In this document: in pieces, positions 36,721 to 45,602 of the stretch | How positions within the stretch are numbered: the first letter of the stretch is position 1 | Layout of the letters: each line of letters opens with the position of its first letter | NCBI GenBank assembly: GCA_026705925.1 | Contig: JAPOZT010000012.1 | Coordinates: 4,913 to 68,912 of the forward strand | Reading direction: 5' to 3' | DNA: 64,000 nucleotides | From: Gemmatimonadota bacterium | GTDB taxonomy: Bacteria > JAAXHH01 | Program-made: the position numbers and the translations under genes | Notes under the pieces: model-generated | What the model saw: only the letters and a program-made list of their open reading frames with translations | What the model was told of the DNA's origin: nothing | Databases searched by the model: none

Positions 36721-39447
36721 ATGATGATCCGAGTCCACCCTCGCGCGTTTTCCGCAGTCTGCCTCTTCGCCTTCGGCCTGATCTGCGCCCTCGTCCCCGG
36801 AACCGTCCGGGCGCAGGACCTGCCTTTCGCCATGGAGGTCCGTGTGCCCGGCGTCGCCTCCTACGACCCGGCCATCCCCCTTCCCGAATCGATCATCGGC
36901 CACGTGGTGGGCGAAACGCACACGCGGTCCCACTTGGTGGCCGACTACTACCGGGCGGTGGCCGGCGCTTCGGACCGCGTCGTGGTAAGACGCCACGGCG
37001 CTTCCTACGAGGGTCGCCATCTGTACCACGCCGTGGTGACGTCTTCGGCCAACCATGGGCGGCTGGAAGAAATCCGTCTGGCCAACCACCGGCTGTCCGA
37101 CGCGCCCGGCGAGGTCTCCGACGCCATGATCGAGACCATGCCCGTCGTCGTCCACATGGGCTACGGGGTGCACGGCAACGAGGCCAGCACCTCCGAGGCG
37201 GCCATGCTGGTGCTCTATCACCTGGCCGCGGGCAGCGGGCCGGCCGTGGACGACCTGCTGGACCGCGCCGTGATCATCATGGATCCCAACTACAACCCGG
37301 ACGGGCGGGACCGTTTCGTCAACTGGGTCAACGCCAACCGAGGCCGGGTCGCCACGCGGGACGGTCAGGACCGGGAGCACGCGGAACCGTGGCCGGGCGG
37401 GCGGACCAACCACTACTGGTTCGACCTGAACCGGGACTGGCTCGTGGCGCAGCACCCTTCATCGCAGGGCCGGGTGGGCCTGTTCCACTACTGGCGCGCC
37501 CAGGTGCTGACCGACTTCCATGAAATGGGTAGCAACGCGACCTATTTCTTCCAGCCCGGCATCCCGAGCCGGAATAACCCGAACACGCCGCAGCGGACCT
37601 TTGAACTGACGGCGGCGCTCGCGGAGCACCACGCCGAGTGGCTCGACCGCCACGGTGCGCTGTACTACTCCCGGGAGACGTTCGACGACTTCTTCTACGG
37701 CAAGGGCTCCACCTTTCCGGACGTGAACGGCGCTATCGGCATCCTCTTTGAGCAGGCCTCGTCCCGGGCGCTGGAACGGATGACGAACGACGGGGTACTG
37801 ACCTACCCCTTCACGATCCGCAACCAGTTCGCCACCTCCATGTCGACCCTGGCCGGCAGCCTGGCCCTGCGGACGGAGTTGCTCGCCCACCAGCGTGACT
37901 TCTACGCGTCGGCGCCCGAGATGTCGCGGCGCAACCCCGTCAAGGCCTATGTCCTCGATCTCGGCGAAACGAGGACGCGTACGCAGGCTCTCCTGCAGAT
38001 GCTGCTGCGCCACCGCATCCGCGTCTACGAACTCGCGCGGACCGTGCAGGCCGATCGAACCGTGCTGGCCGGGCGGACGGCGGGGGCCGATCGTGCCGTG
38101 AATTCCGGCGGGCGTACCTTCCGGGCCGGCGAGTCGGTCATCATCCCCCTGGACCAGCCGCAGACGCGGCTCATCAAGGCCTCGATGGAGCAGGTCACGA
38201 CTTTCGCGGACTCCCTCTTCTACGACGTCTCGGCGTGGACCCTGCCCCTGGCCATGGGCGTTCCGAGCGGTGAACTGCGCAGTTACTCCGACGACCTGGC
38301 CGGTGCGGAAATCACCGAAGCCGCCTTCGACGGCGGCGAGCTGATCGGCGGCCACGGATCCTATGCCTACCTGATGAAATGGAACCGGTACTTCGCGCCG
38401 CGCGCGCTCTACCGTATCCTGGACGCGGGTCTCCGGCCCCGGCTGGCCAGGCAACCGTTTACCGCGACCGTGGGCGGCTCCGGCGGCGCGGGTGGCCAGG
38501 GCGGAACGGGCGGCTCCGGCGACACTAGCGGGCCAGTCAGCACGACCACCACCGAACGGACCTTCGACCGGGGCACGATCATCATTCCCGTCGCCCAACG
38601 CGACGCCGCGTCCACGGTAACCGACGCCCAGGTCCGGGCGTTGATCGACCGGATCGTGGCGGAAGACCACGTGGTCGTCCACGGCACGGATACGGGCCTG
38701 ACGCCCGCGGGCGGCGACCTCGGCGGCCCGACCTCCCCGGTGTTGGTCAAACCGGAGATCGCGCTGCTCTCGGGACCCGGCACCCGGGCCTACGAGGTCG
38801 GCGAGACCTGGCACCTGCTCAACGAGCGGTTCGGCATTCCCGTCTCCTTGGTCGATGCCGACGGGTTCGCCGACCTGGACCTGGACAGGTACACGACGCT
38901 GGTCATGGTCATGGGCAACTACGGCCTGGATACGGAAGATGTGAACCGGCTCAGGTGGTGGGTGCGGGAGGGCGGCGTCCTCATCGCCTGGAAGAGTGCT
39001 GCACGGTGGCTCATCGGCAATGAACTGATCGACGAAGGCCTGAGGTCCGTCCGGCCGGATTCCGTCGATATCCCCTATGAGCTGGTATCGTCCACGCGGG
39101 GGGCGCAGCGTATCGGCGGCGCCATATTCGCGGCCGCGCTGGACACTACCCACCCGCTGGCCTTCGGTTACGGCGAACAGGTACCGCTCTTCCGCAACCA
39201 TGAGATCTTCTTCGAACCTTCCGCCACGGCCGGGGCGACAGTGGTCCGGTACACATCATCGCCGCTTATGGCCGGCTACATCTCGCCGAAGCGACACGGC
39301 GAGCTGGCGGATTCCGCCGCGCTGATCGCCCGGAGGCAGGGGGACGGTGCCGTCGTGCTCTTGGCCGACAACCCCAATTTCCGGGCCTTCTGGTACGGCA
39401 CGAACGGCCTGTTCCTGAACGCCGTCTTCTTCGGCGGCGCGTTCTAG
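36721..39447 (+). CDS. Secreted M14-family zinc carboxypeptidase, large multidomain form
   Basis: ATG at 36721 gives the signal peptide MMIRVHPRAFSAVCLFAFGLICALVPGTVRAQ. HMGYGVHGNEASTSE (H-x-x-E zinc site), NPDGRD and DFHEMG. There is a Gly-rich low-complexity linker near 38470-38530. Confidence 0.8.
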   Translation: MMIRVHPRAFSAVCLFAFGLICALVPGTVRAQDLPFAMEVRVPGVASYDPAIPLPESIIGHVVGETHTRSHLVADYYRAVAGASDRVVVRRHGASYEGRHLYHAVVTSSANHGRLEEIRLANHRLSDAPGEVSDAMIETMPVVVHMGYGVHGNEASTSEAAMLVLYHLAAGSGPAVDDLLDRAVIIMDPNYNPDGRDRFVNWVNANRGRVATRDGQDREHAEPWPGGRTNHYWFDLNRDWLVAQHPSSQGRVGLFHYWRAQVLTDFHEMGSNATYFFQPGIPSRNNPNTPQRTFELTAALAEHHAEWLDRHGALYYSRETFDDFFYGKGSTFPDVNGAIGILFEQASSRALERMTNDGVLTYPFTIRNQFATSMSTLAGSLALRTELLAHQRDFYASAPEMSRRNPVKAYVLDLGETRTRTQALLQMLLRHRIRVYELARTVQADRTVLAGRTAGADRAVNSGGRTFRAGESVIIPLDQPQTRLIKASMEQVTTFADSLFYDVSAWTLPLAMGVPSGELRSYSDDLAGAEITEAAFDGGELIGGHGSYAYLMKWNRYFAPRALYRILDAGLRPRLARQPFTATVGGSGGAGGQGGTGGSGDTSGPVSTTTTERTFDRGTIIIPVAQRDAASTVTDAQVRALIDRIVAEDHVVVHGTDTGLTPAGGDLGGPTSPVLVKPEIALLSGPGTRAYEVGETWHLLNERFGIPVSLVDADGFADLDLDRYTTLVMVMGNYGLDTEDVNRLRWWVREGGVLIAWKSAARWLIGNELIDEGLRSVRPDSVDIPYELVSSTRGAQRIGGAIFAAALDTTHPLAFGYGEQVPLFRNHEIFFEPSATAGATVVRYTSSPLMAGYISPKRHGELADSAALIARRQGDGAVVLLADNPNFRAFWYGTNGLFLNAVFFGGAF

Positions 39448-39481
39448 GCGCGAGCCGCGCGTCCCTTTGAAGGAAACCACC

Positions 39482-40681
39482 ATGCCCGTTACCGTCACCG
39501 ACGTGAAGACCATCCTGACCCAGCCCGCCGGGTCGCGCCTGATCGTCGTGAAGATCCTGACCTCGGAACCCGGCCTGTACGGCCTGGGCTGCGCTACCTT
39601 CACCCAGCGGTTCCACGCCGTCCACGCGGCCATCGAACACCACCTTAAGCCCTTCCTCATCGGAAAGGACGTGGACGATATCGAAGACCTGTGGCAGACG
39701 GCCATGGTGAACGGCTACTGGCGCAATGGACCGGTCCTGAACAACGCCATCTCCGGCATGGACATGGCCCTGTGGGACATCAAGGGCAAGCGGGCGGGCA
39801 TGCCCGTGTACCAGCTCCTGGGCGGCAAGTGCCGGGAGGCGGCGGACACCTACGTCCACGCCGACGGGAAATCACCCGAAGAGGTGGCGGAGAACGTACT
39901 GAAGTACATGGAGCAGGACTACCGGCACGTGCGCTGCCAGATCGGCGGTTACGGGGGCCGAAAGCCGCGGGTCACCCCGCCCGATGGCGCGAAACCCGGG
40001 GACTATTTCGATCCGCGGAGCTACATGCGCCGCACGGTGACGATGTTCGAGCACCTGCGCGCGGCCGTGGGTGACGAGGTGGAACTGCTCCACGACGTGC
40101 ACGAACGGCTCACGCCCGCCGACGCCGTCGTCTTCGCGAAGCAGGTCGAACCTTTCAACCTGTTCTTTCTCGAAGACCCCCTGGCGCCCGAGGACAACGA
40201 ATGGTTCCGCCGCTTGCGGCAGACCTCGACGACGCCCATCGCCATGGGGGAACTCTTCAACAATCCCGCCGAATGGCTGCCCCTGATCGAGGGACGGCTC
40301 ATCGACTTCCTGCGCATGCACATCAGCCAGATGGGCGGCATCACGCCGGCCCGCAACGTCGCGGCCATGGCCGCCATGTACGGCATCCGCACGGCCTGGC
40401 ATGGTCCGGGCGACGTCTCCCCGGTGGGGCACGCCGCCAACCTGCACCTCGACCTGTGGGCGCCGAATTTCGGCGTCCAGGAATGGTGCCGCTTCAGCGA
40501 CCTGGTCTACGAGATCTTCCCCGGCACGCCCGAAGTGCGCGGCGGCTACATGTATCCCAACGACCGCCCGGGACTGGGCGTCGAAGTAAACGAGGAACTG
40601 GCGGCTCGCTATCCCTGCCAGGACGAGATTATCAACTGGACCCAGGCCCGGACGCCCGACGGAGGGCCCGCCCGGCCGTGA
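39482..40681 (+). CDS. Enolase-superfamily D-mannonate-dehydratase (ManD)-subgroup protein
   Basis: MPVTVTDVKTILTQPAGSRLIVVKILTSEPGLYGLGCATF, DMALWDIKGK, LHDVHERL, LEDP and MGELF. Confidence 0.8.
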   Translation: MPVTVTDVKTILTQPAGSRLIVVKILTSEPGLYGLGCATFTQRFHAVHAAIEHHLKPFLIGKDVDDIEDLWQTAMVNGYWRNGPVLNNAISGMDMALWDIKGKRAGMPVYQLLGGKCREAADTYVHADGKSPEEVAENVLKYMEQDYRHVRCQIGGYGGRKPRVTPPDGAKPGDYFDPRSYMRRTVTMFEHLRAAVGDEVELLHDVHERLTPADAVVFAKQVEPFNLFFLEDPLAPEDNEWFRRLRQTSTTPIAMGELFNNPAEWLPLIEGRLIDFLRMHISQMGGITPARNVAAMAAMYGIRTAWHGPGDVSPVGHAANLHLDLWAPNFGVQEWCRFSDLVYEIFPGTPEVRGGYMYPNDRPGLGVEVNEELAARYPCQDEIINWTQARTPDGGPARP

Positions 40682-41112
40682 CTTTCATCTCCGGCTACTC
40701 CCTGACCGAAGACTACGCCGGCCACCTCCAGCGGATCGGCGCCTTCGCCATCGACCTGGCGATCCTCACCGCCGCCGGCGCCCTGATGGCGCTGGCCGCC
40801 GAATTCCTGGGAGGCGACTCGGACCCGGTAACCGTCCCCTTGCTGAGCGCCTTCCAGCTGCTCATGCCCTGGTTCTACTACGCGGCCATGGAGAGTTCGT
40901 CCAAGGGCGCCACGATCGGCAAGATGATCCTCGGCATCCGGGTGGCCGACGCCGAGGGATATACGCCCACTTTCGGCCGCGCCGCGCTCAGAGCAATCCC
41001 CAAGTGCATTCCCATCCTCTGGCCAGGCTATCTCGCCGCGGTCTTCACCCAGCGTAGACAGGCCTTTCACGACCTGATCGCGCGGACGCTGGTGCTCAGA
41101 TCCGGTACCTAG
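40678..41112 (+). CDS. RDD-family membrane protein
   Basis: The GTG start overlaps the ManD stop (GTGA). RIGAFAIDLAIL..., TIGKMILGIRV and FHDLIARTLV are RDD-family motifs. Confidence 0.7.
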   Translation: MTFISGYSLTEDYAGHLQRIGAFAIDLAILTAAGALMALAAEFLGGDSDPVTVPLLSAFQLLMPWFYYAAMESSSKGATIGKMILGIRVADAEGYTPTFGRAALRAIPKCIPILWPGYLAAVFTQRRQAFHDLIARTLVLRSGT

Positions 41113-41129
41113 CGGGAATTACACGTTAA

Positions 41130-41477
41130 TCAAGACGCCTTCTGCTGCGTAATCAGCACCCCTTCCAATCGGCCAACTCGGGTATCCATCTTGTCCTCCA
41201 AGGCGATAAATCGTTTGTCCATCTTGTCCTCCAAGGCGATAAAGCGTGCATCCATCTTGTTCTCCAGCGCGACGATGCGCGCTTCCGACTCGACAAAGCG
41301 TGCATCCATCTTGCCCTCCAGGGTGACGAAGCGCGTTTCCAGCCTGTCCTCCATTCGATCCATGCGCTGTACCAGCCTGGTCTCGAGTTCCATTCGACCC
41401 GCCTTGGATTCTTTCCAGAAGAAGATGAAGGCTCCCAACAAGATTGCCGGCGATACGACTAATTGAGCGATTTCCAT
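41130..41477 (-). CDS. Mini-protein B: N-terminal TM helix plus 11-residue-periodic coiled coil
   Basis: MEIAQLVVSPAILLGAFIFFW, then repeats LEGKMDARFVE / LENKMDARFIA / LEDKMDKRFIA / LEDKMDTRVGRLEGVL. The DNA shows matching 33-bp periodicity. Confidence 0.6.
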   Translation of the reverse strand: MEIAQLVVSPAILLGAFIFFWKESKAGRMELETRLVQRMDRMEDRLETRFVTLEGKMDARFVESEARIVALENKMDARFIALEDKMDKRFIALEDKMDTRVGRLEGVLITQQKAS

Positions 41478-41502
41478 AGAACGATCTCTCCCAGACTGAT
41501 TT

Positions 41503-41724
41503 CTATTTGGTCACTTCCTGCTTACTTTTGTCGATTTTAGTCTCTACGCGTGTTACAACCTCAATCAATTCTCTCAGTTTCTCTTCTACCGAAAGAACCC
41601 TGTTATTTAGGTCACCAATTAAGAAGAGCATAATCGTAACGATGATACCCGTCATCATAACATGCATTCCGGCGACTGTGATTACCGGTGTCCACGACCA
41701 ATCTCTCTTGCTGTGTTCGCTCAT
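41503..41724 (-). CDS. Mini-protein C: TM helix plus short coiled coil
   Basis: WTPVITVAGMHVMMTGIIVTIMLFLIG, then VEEKLRELIEVVTRVETKIDKSKQE. It is strongly AT-richer than its surroundings. Confidence 0.5.
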   Translation of the reverse strand: MSEHSKRDWSWTPVITVAGMHVMMTGIIVTIMLFLIGDLNNRVLSVEEKLRELIEVVTRVETKIDKSKQEVTK

Positions 41725-41814
41725 TTTTTAGACCTCAGCTTTTCTGACTGATCTTCATTCAGATACCAGCATTCCTCCCGCAATTCCGGGGAATATCGAC
41801 AGCAGGGATCATTT

Positions 41815-42066
41815 CTATTCGTTTACCGATACGCGCAGGTAACCTTCGACCCGACCGAGGCGCGTGTTCATATCGTGGATTTCGGAACGTATGGAGGCGA
41901 ATTCGGATTGCATTTCCGTCCGCAATCCGGTCAACTCGGCCCGAATCTCATCCCGAAATTCCTTGTTGGATGAATTGATGAAAGTGACGACAGCGATTAC
42001 GAGGATGCCTATGGCCGATACGATCTGCACGCCAAAGGACCAGTTCTCTCGGGACATTCCAGTCAT
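41815..42066 (-). CDS. Mini-protein D: TM helix plus coiled coil, paralogue of A
   Basis: ATG 42066 is preceded by GGAGG. FGVQIVSAIGILVIAVVTF, then EFRDEIRAELTGLRTEMQSEFASIRSEIHDMNTRLGRVEGYL. Confidence 0.6.
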   Translation of the reverse strand: MTGMSRENWSFGVQIVSAIGILVIAVVTFINSSNKEFRDEIRAELTGLRTEMQSEFASIRSEIHDMNTRLGRVEGYLRVSVNE

Positions 42067-42256
42067 CTTCCGACCTCCTGGTGAGTGTGACAAAGCATGA
42101 ATAACCGACCTCTAAAATGTTTCAGTCGGAGATCACCAGGCGATACTCGGAGTTTTCTTAAAAAGTAACGAGAGAGATTGGAGGTAACGCGCCAACTTAG
42201 TCCCTGGATCGGCTGCCGCTCGGGTCTGGCGAGGACCCAGGGCAAGGACCCAGGGC

Positions 42257-43405
42257 TCAGTCCCGCAGGGCGAGACTTTCTCCGCTGAGCGTTATGCCCG
42301 GCGGCTCGATGACCACCTGGCGGGGGCCATCCTCTACTACGCCGGCAATCCATGCGCGGACGCCTTGCGCTTCCGCACAGGCCACCGCGGCTTCCCCGTC
42401 TTCCGGGCGGACGAAGAGGGCGAAGCCGGCGCCCATGTTGAGGCTGCCGTAGGCCTCTTCCGCGGTCTGCCGGGTCTCATCCACCATGAACTGCAGAACC
42501 TCGGGAACGGGCGGCACTTCGGAAATGTGGTAGGTGAACCGGCCGGGGTGGCGCATGATCTTCCGCCAGCCGTGGCCGGTGATGTTGGCGATGTAGCGCA
42601 GGCCGATGCCAGCCTCGAAGGCGGCTTCGGTAACGGGAGGATAGAGCACGGTGGGGTCGAGCAGGGCCTCGCCGTATTTGCGGCCGCCGGGCATGACCGT
42701 GGCGTACCCCTCCGGCAGTCGCTCGGACAGCTTGCGCGCGAGGGTGAGGCCGTTGGCGTGGATGCCGCTGCTTTCCAGGAGGACGATCGCGTCGCCGGCC
42801 GCCAGGTCCTCGCCCAGGGTGAGGCGCGACTTCGGCCGGATGATGCCCACGCAGGAGGCGGCCAGGTCGATGGCGCCTTCCTCCACCACGCCGGTCAGGC
42901 AGGGCGTCTCGCCACCGCCCCAGGCCACGCCCAGGACGTCGCAGGCCGCCTTCCAGCCGTCGACCAGGTCGTTCATGCGTTCGGTGTCGTCGAACCAGTC
43001 TGAAGAACCGGCGGCCCAGTAGGCGTGGATGCTCAGGGGCCGCGCGCCTACGGTGACGAGGTCGTTGACGGCCGTGGCGATGGTGTCCTGCGCGATGTGG
43101 TCGTACCAGGTCCGCCTCGGCGCCCCAGGCACCCCCGATACCGCAGGCACCTCCCGCATCGCGTCCGCCACCAGGGCCTTGGTGCCCAGGCATTCGGTGA
43201 TGGAGGCGAGATAGGCGTCGCCGATGTCCACCACGTAGGCCGACTCGCCGCGGCTGGCCGCCACCTCGCGTACGCCCGTTCGGGCACCGGCGCGCTCGAG
43301 GTTGGCCCCCGTAGCCCGCGCCGCCTGCTGGGCGAGGACCTTCAGGGGATCGATCCGGTCGTAATCCACACCGGAATCCTCGTAGGTGAGATGACCTTCG
43401 GCCAT
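42257..43405 (-). CDS. AIR-synthase (PurM)-related protein
   Basis: YEDSGVDYDRIDPLK and a two-domain PurM-superfamily layout (GGGETP, LESSGIHANGL). It lacks the Cys/Sec N-terminal loop of SelD. Whether it is bona fide PurM cannot be decided by eye. Confidence 0.65.
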   Translation of the reverse strand: MAEGHLTYEDSGVDYDRIDPLKVLAQQAARATGANLERAGARTGVREVAASRGESAYVVDIGDAYLASITECLGTKALVADAMREVPAVSGVPGAPRRTWYDHIAQDTIATAVNDLVTVGARPLSIHAYWAAGSSDWFDDTERMNDLVDGWKAACDVLGVAWGGGETPCLTGVVEEGAIDLAASCVGIIRPKSRLTLGEDLAAGDAIVLLESSGIHANGLTLARKLSERLPEGYATVMPGGRKYGEALLDPTVLYPPVTEAAFEAGIGLRYIANITGHGWRKIMRHPGRFTYHISEVPPVPEVLQFMVDETRQTAEEAYGSLNMGAGFALFVRPEDGEAAVACAEAQGVRAWIAGVVEDGPRQVVIEPPGITLSGESLALRD

Positions 43406-43426
43406 GCCCTTCCTTTCGGAGTCTTT

Positions 43427-44848
43427 TTAACTTCCCGTGGTGAACAGTTCCCGCAGCCTGCGGGCCACGAGTTCGACTTCGCCTTCCTCGAGCTGCAGCG
43501 TGCGCGGACCCGGACCGTCGTAGATGATCTTCGGATCGCCCGCGCGCAAGAGCCGGCCCACGTCTTCCCGGGACAGGGGAATCACCGCCTCGTCCCAGAT
43601 CAGTTCCACGTCGTGGTAACCGTGGGTATTGAGCTCGTAGCGGGCTTCCAGGCCGTCGATACCCTGCAGCTTGTCCGCCAGCCAGCGGGCCTTCGCGTTC
43701 CAGGCGGCGATCTCCTCGTCCTCGTCGAGGGCTACGTACCGCTCCAGCGCGGCGACCAGGCCGACGATCTCCTCCTTGCCGACCTTCAGTCCCCGGCCGA
43801 TGCCGTTGACCGGCGCGTTCTGCATCCGGGCGGCGTGGACCAGGTCGGCGCGGCCCGCGAGGATCCCCGTCGAGTTCGGACCGCGAATCCCCTTGCCGCC
43901 GCTGACCACAACCAGGTCGGCGCCGGCTTCCAGGTACTTCGTAAGGTTCTCCTTCGGCGGCAGGTTGGACGCCAGGTCGATCATCACCGGCACACCCCTT
44001 CGCCTCCCGATCTCGATGATCTCCAGGGGCATGAGCGTCTCGGGATCGTGTTCCTGCCGGTGCCGCACCGGAAAGGGCGGGACGCCCCGCGTCTGGTGCT
44101 CGATGAAGGCCAGGCCCACGAGCAGCGCCGTCCGGTCCGTGATCGCCGCCTCGTATTCCGCGCGGGTGCCGGCCTCCACCAGCTTCATGCCCGCGAATCC
44201 GAACACGTTATCGTAGAAGAAGCGGTGGGCTGTCTGGAACAGGCACTCCACCTTCGGCCAGGTCGGATTGGGCAGGAGCCGCATCCGGTCCTGGTCGGAT
44301 CCGGTCAAAACGCCCGCCGCGCCCACCAGCATCGCCGCGAAGGCGCCGGACGAGACCAGGGCGGCCTCCGCGCCCATAATCTCGGCGATACGCCGTCCCG
44401 CCGCGTCGTGCAGTTCCGCCATGTCCACGAAATAGCGGTTGGCCTCGACCATGGCCTCCATCACCTCGGGCGGCATGCGCGAGCCGCCCATGCTCGAGAG
44501 GTGCTCGTGGGCGCCGACATGGGGCCGCACGCCGAGCAGCCGGGTGTAGACGTTGTCCCTCAGATCGGCCGCAATGGCATCGGGGTCGCCGCCAGCGCTG
44601 GCCGATCCAATGGCTTCACCGGAACCATCGGTTTCGGCCGCATCACCGCCGGCGCCGCGCGCACCACCACCTCCCGACGGTCCATCCTGCTCACCCGTAT
44701 TGGTGCATCCGGACGCTGTGACGCCGACCGCGCCCGCCATGCCAGCCAGGGCGCTCACCCTGATAAACGCGCGCCGGTCCAGACCGCTTTCCGAATCCAC
44801 CGAATCCGGCTCATCCATGTGCTGGTCTTTCCGAATGTCCTCGTCCAT
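43427..44848 (-). CDS. SelA/DgaE-like fold-type-I PLP enzyme with a Tat-lipoprotein signal
   Basis: LDRRAFIRVSALAGMAGAVGVTASGC (Tat motif plus lipobox), a Gly-rich linker, then a SelA-like core with VVVSGGKGIRGPNSTGILAGRADLV (PLP-lysine region). Confidence 0.7.
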   Translation of the reverse strand: MDEDIRKDQHMDEPDSVDSESGLDRRAFIRVSALAGMAGAVGVTASGCTNTGEQDGPSGGGGARGAGGDAAETDGSGEAIGSASAGGDPDAIAADLRDNVYTRLLGVRPHVGAHEHLSSMGGSRMPPEVMEAMVEANRYFVDMAELHDAAGRRIAEIMGAEAALVSSGAFAAMLVGAAGVLTGSDQDRMRLLPNPTWPKVECLFQTAHRFFYDNVFGFAGMKLVEAGTRAEYEAAITDRTALLVGLAFIEHQTRGVPPFPVRHRQEHDPETLMPLEIIEIGRRRGVPVMIDLASNLPPKENLTKYLEAGADLVVVSGGKGIRGPNSTGILAGRADLVHAARMQNAPVNGIGRGLKVGKEEIVGLVAALERYVALDEDEEIAAWNAKARWLADKLQGIDGLEARYELNTHGYHDVELIWDEAVIPLSREDVGRLLRAGDPKIIYDGPGPRTLQLEEGEVELVARRLRELFTTGS

Positions 44849-44861
44849 GTGTCTGCACTCC

Positions 44862-45296
44862 CTACGCCCGCTTCTTCGCCGCCATCAGATTCTCCGTCCG
44901 GCTTGCCGCCTGCGCCTCGATTTCCTTGCGCGACCAAAGCTTTCCCTTGTTCATGCCCCCGCACGTCTCCGCTTCCCGTTCCCACCGCCGTTTCGACTTC
45001 AGGATGTCCTGCCAGAAGGGATAGCTGCTGCATTGTGACGGCCGCACCGGATAGATGGAACATCCACGGTCGTAGAAGACGCAGGGACCGTCATCCGGAG
45101 AGACCAGGGAGACGTAACCGTCGATCTCTTCCGTATATTTTTCCAGGAAGGTCTCGAACGGCAGTTCCAGGTATTCGGCGATGCGCCGGAACTCCTTCTC
45201 GCTGCCGTAGATGTAGCCGCCCGGGAAGGTGCAGCAGTGGCCGCACCCGTGGCAGGAGAAATGCAATCCGTCGTGCCAGAACTTGCCTTTAGCCAT
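44862..45296 (-). CDS. YkgJ-family (UPF0153) Cys-cluster protein
   Basis: FSCHGCGHCCTF and a second Cys group CVFYDRGCSIYPVRPSQC. Confidence 0.8.
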   Translation of the reverse strand: MAKGKFWHDGLHFSCHGCGHCCTFPGGYIYGSEKEFRRIAEYLELPFETFLEKYTEEIDGYVSLVSPDDGPCVFYDRGCSIYPVRPSQCSSYPFWQDILKSKRRWEREAETCGGMNKGKLWSRKEIEAQAASRTENLMAAKKRA

Positions 45297-45298
45297 GG

Positions 45299-45538
45299 CT
45301 ATTGATCTTTGGCGACATTGAACTTCAGATAACCGCGCACTTCATCAACCTTGGTTTCCACACGGTCGACCTTGGCATCCACACGGTCAATCTTGTCTTC
45401 CAGTCTGGACATCCGGTCTCTCGTACCGGATTCCACGAAAACATACAAGCCAAAGCCAACCGTAATCAGGGCACCTCTTATTACTACACTGATCCAGGGT
45501 TTCTTAGCCAACTTATACTCCTTATGCAACGAGTTCAT
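45299..45538 (-). CDS. Mini-protein E: TM helix plus coiled coil
   Basis: PWISVVIRGALITVGFGLYVFV, then RLEDKIDRVDAKVDRVETKVDEVRGYL. GC is lower. It ends 3 nt before the YkgJ start. Confidence 0.55.
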   Translation of the reverse strand: MNSLHKEYKLAKKPWISVVIRGALITVGFGLYVFVESGTRDRMSRLEDKIDRVDAKVDRVETKVDEVRGYLKFNVAKDQ

Positions 45539-45602
45539 TTGTAGGAATACCCATATATAGTATTAGTCGGCCAAGCTGGAGTGCATTCTCGACATTAAAA
45601 AA

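Noticed and set aside
42257-44848. A selenium-utilisation pair, reading the SelA-like and PurM/SelD-superfamily proteins as SelA and SelD.
   Set aside because: The PurM-like protein lacks the N-terminal Cys/Sec-containing Gly-rich loop of SelD. The SelA-like protein carries an export signal, which is incompatible with tRNA-Sec chemistry. No selB, tRNA-Sec or in-frame TGA candidates were seen.
31989-45538. Mini-proteins interpreted as phage i-spanins or holin-like lysis genes.
   Set aside because: There are no endolysin, o-spanin, holin or other phage genes nearby, and five dispersed copies sit within metabolic operons. The architectural resemblance is noted, but a lysis-cassette call is unsupported.
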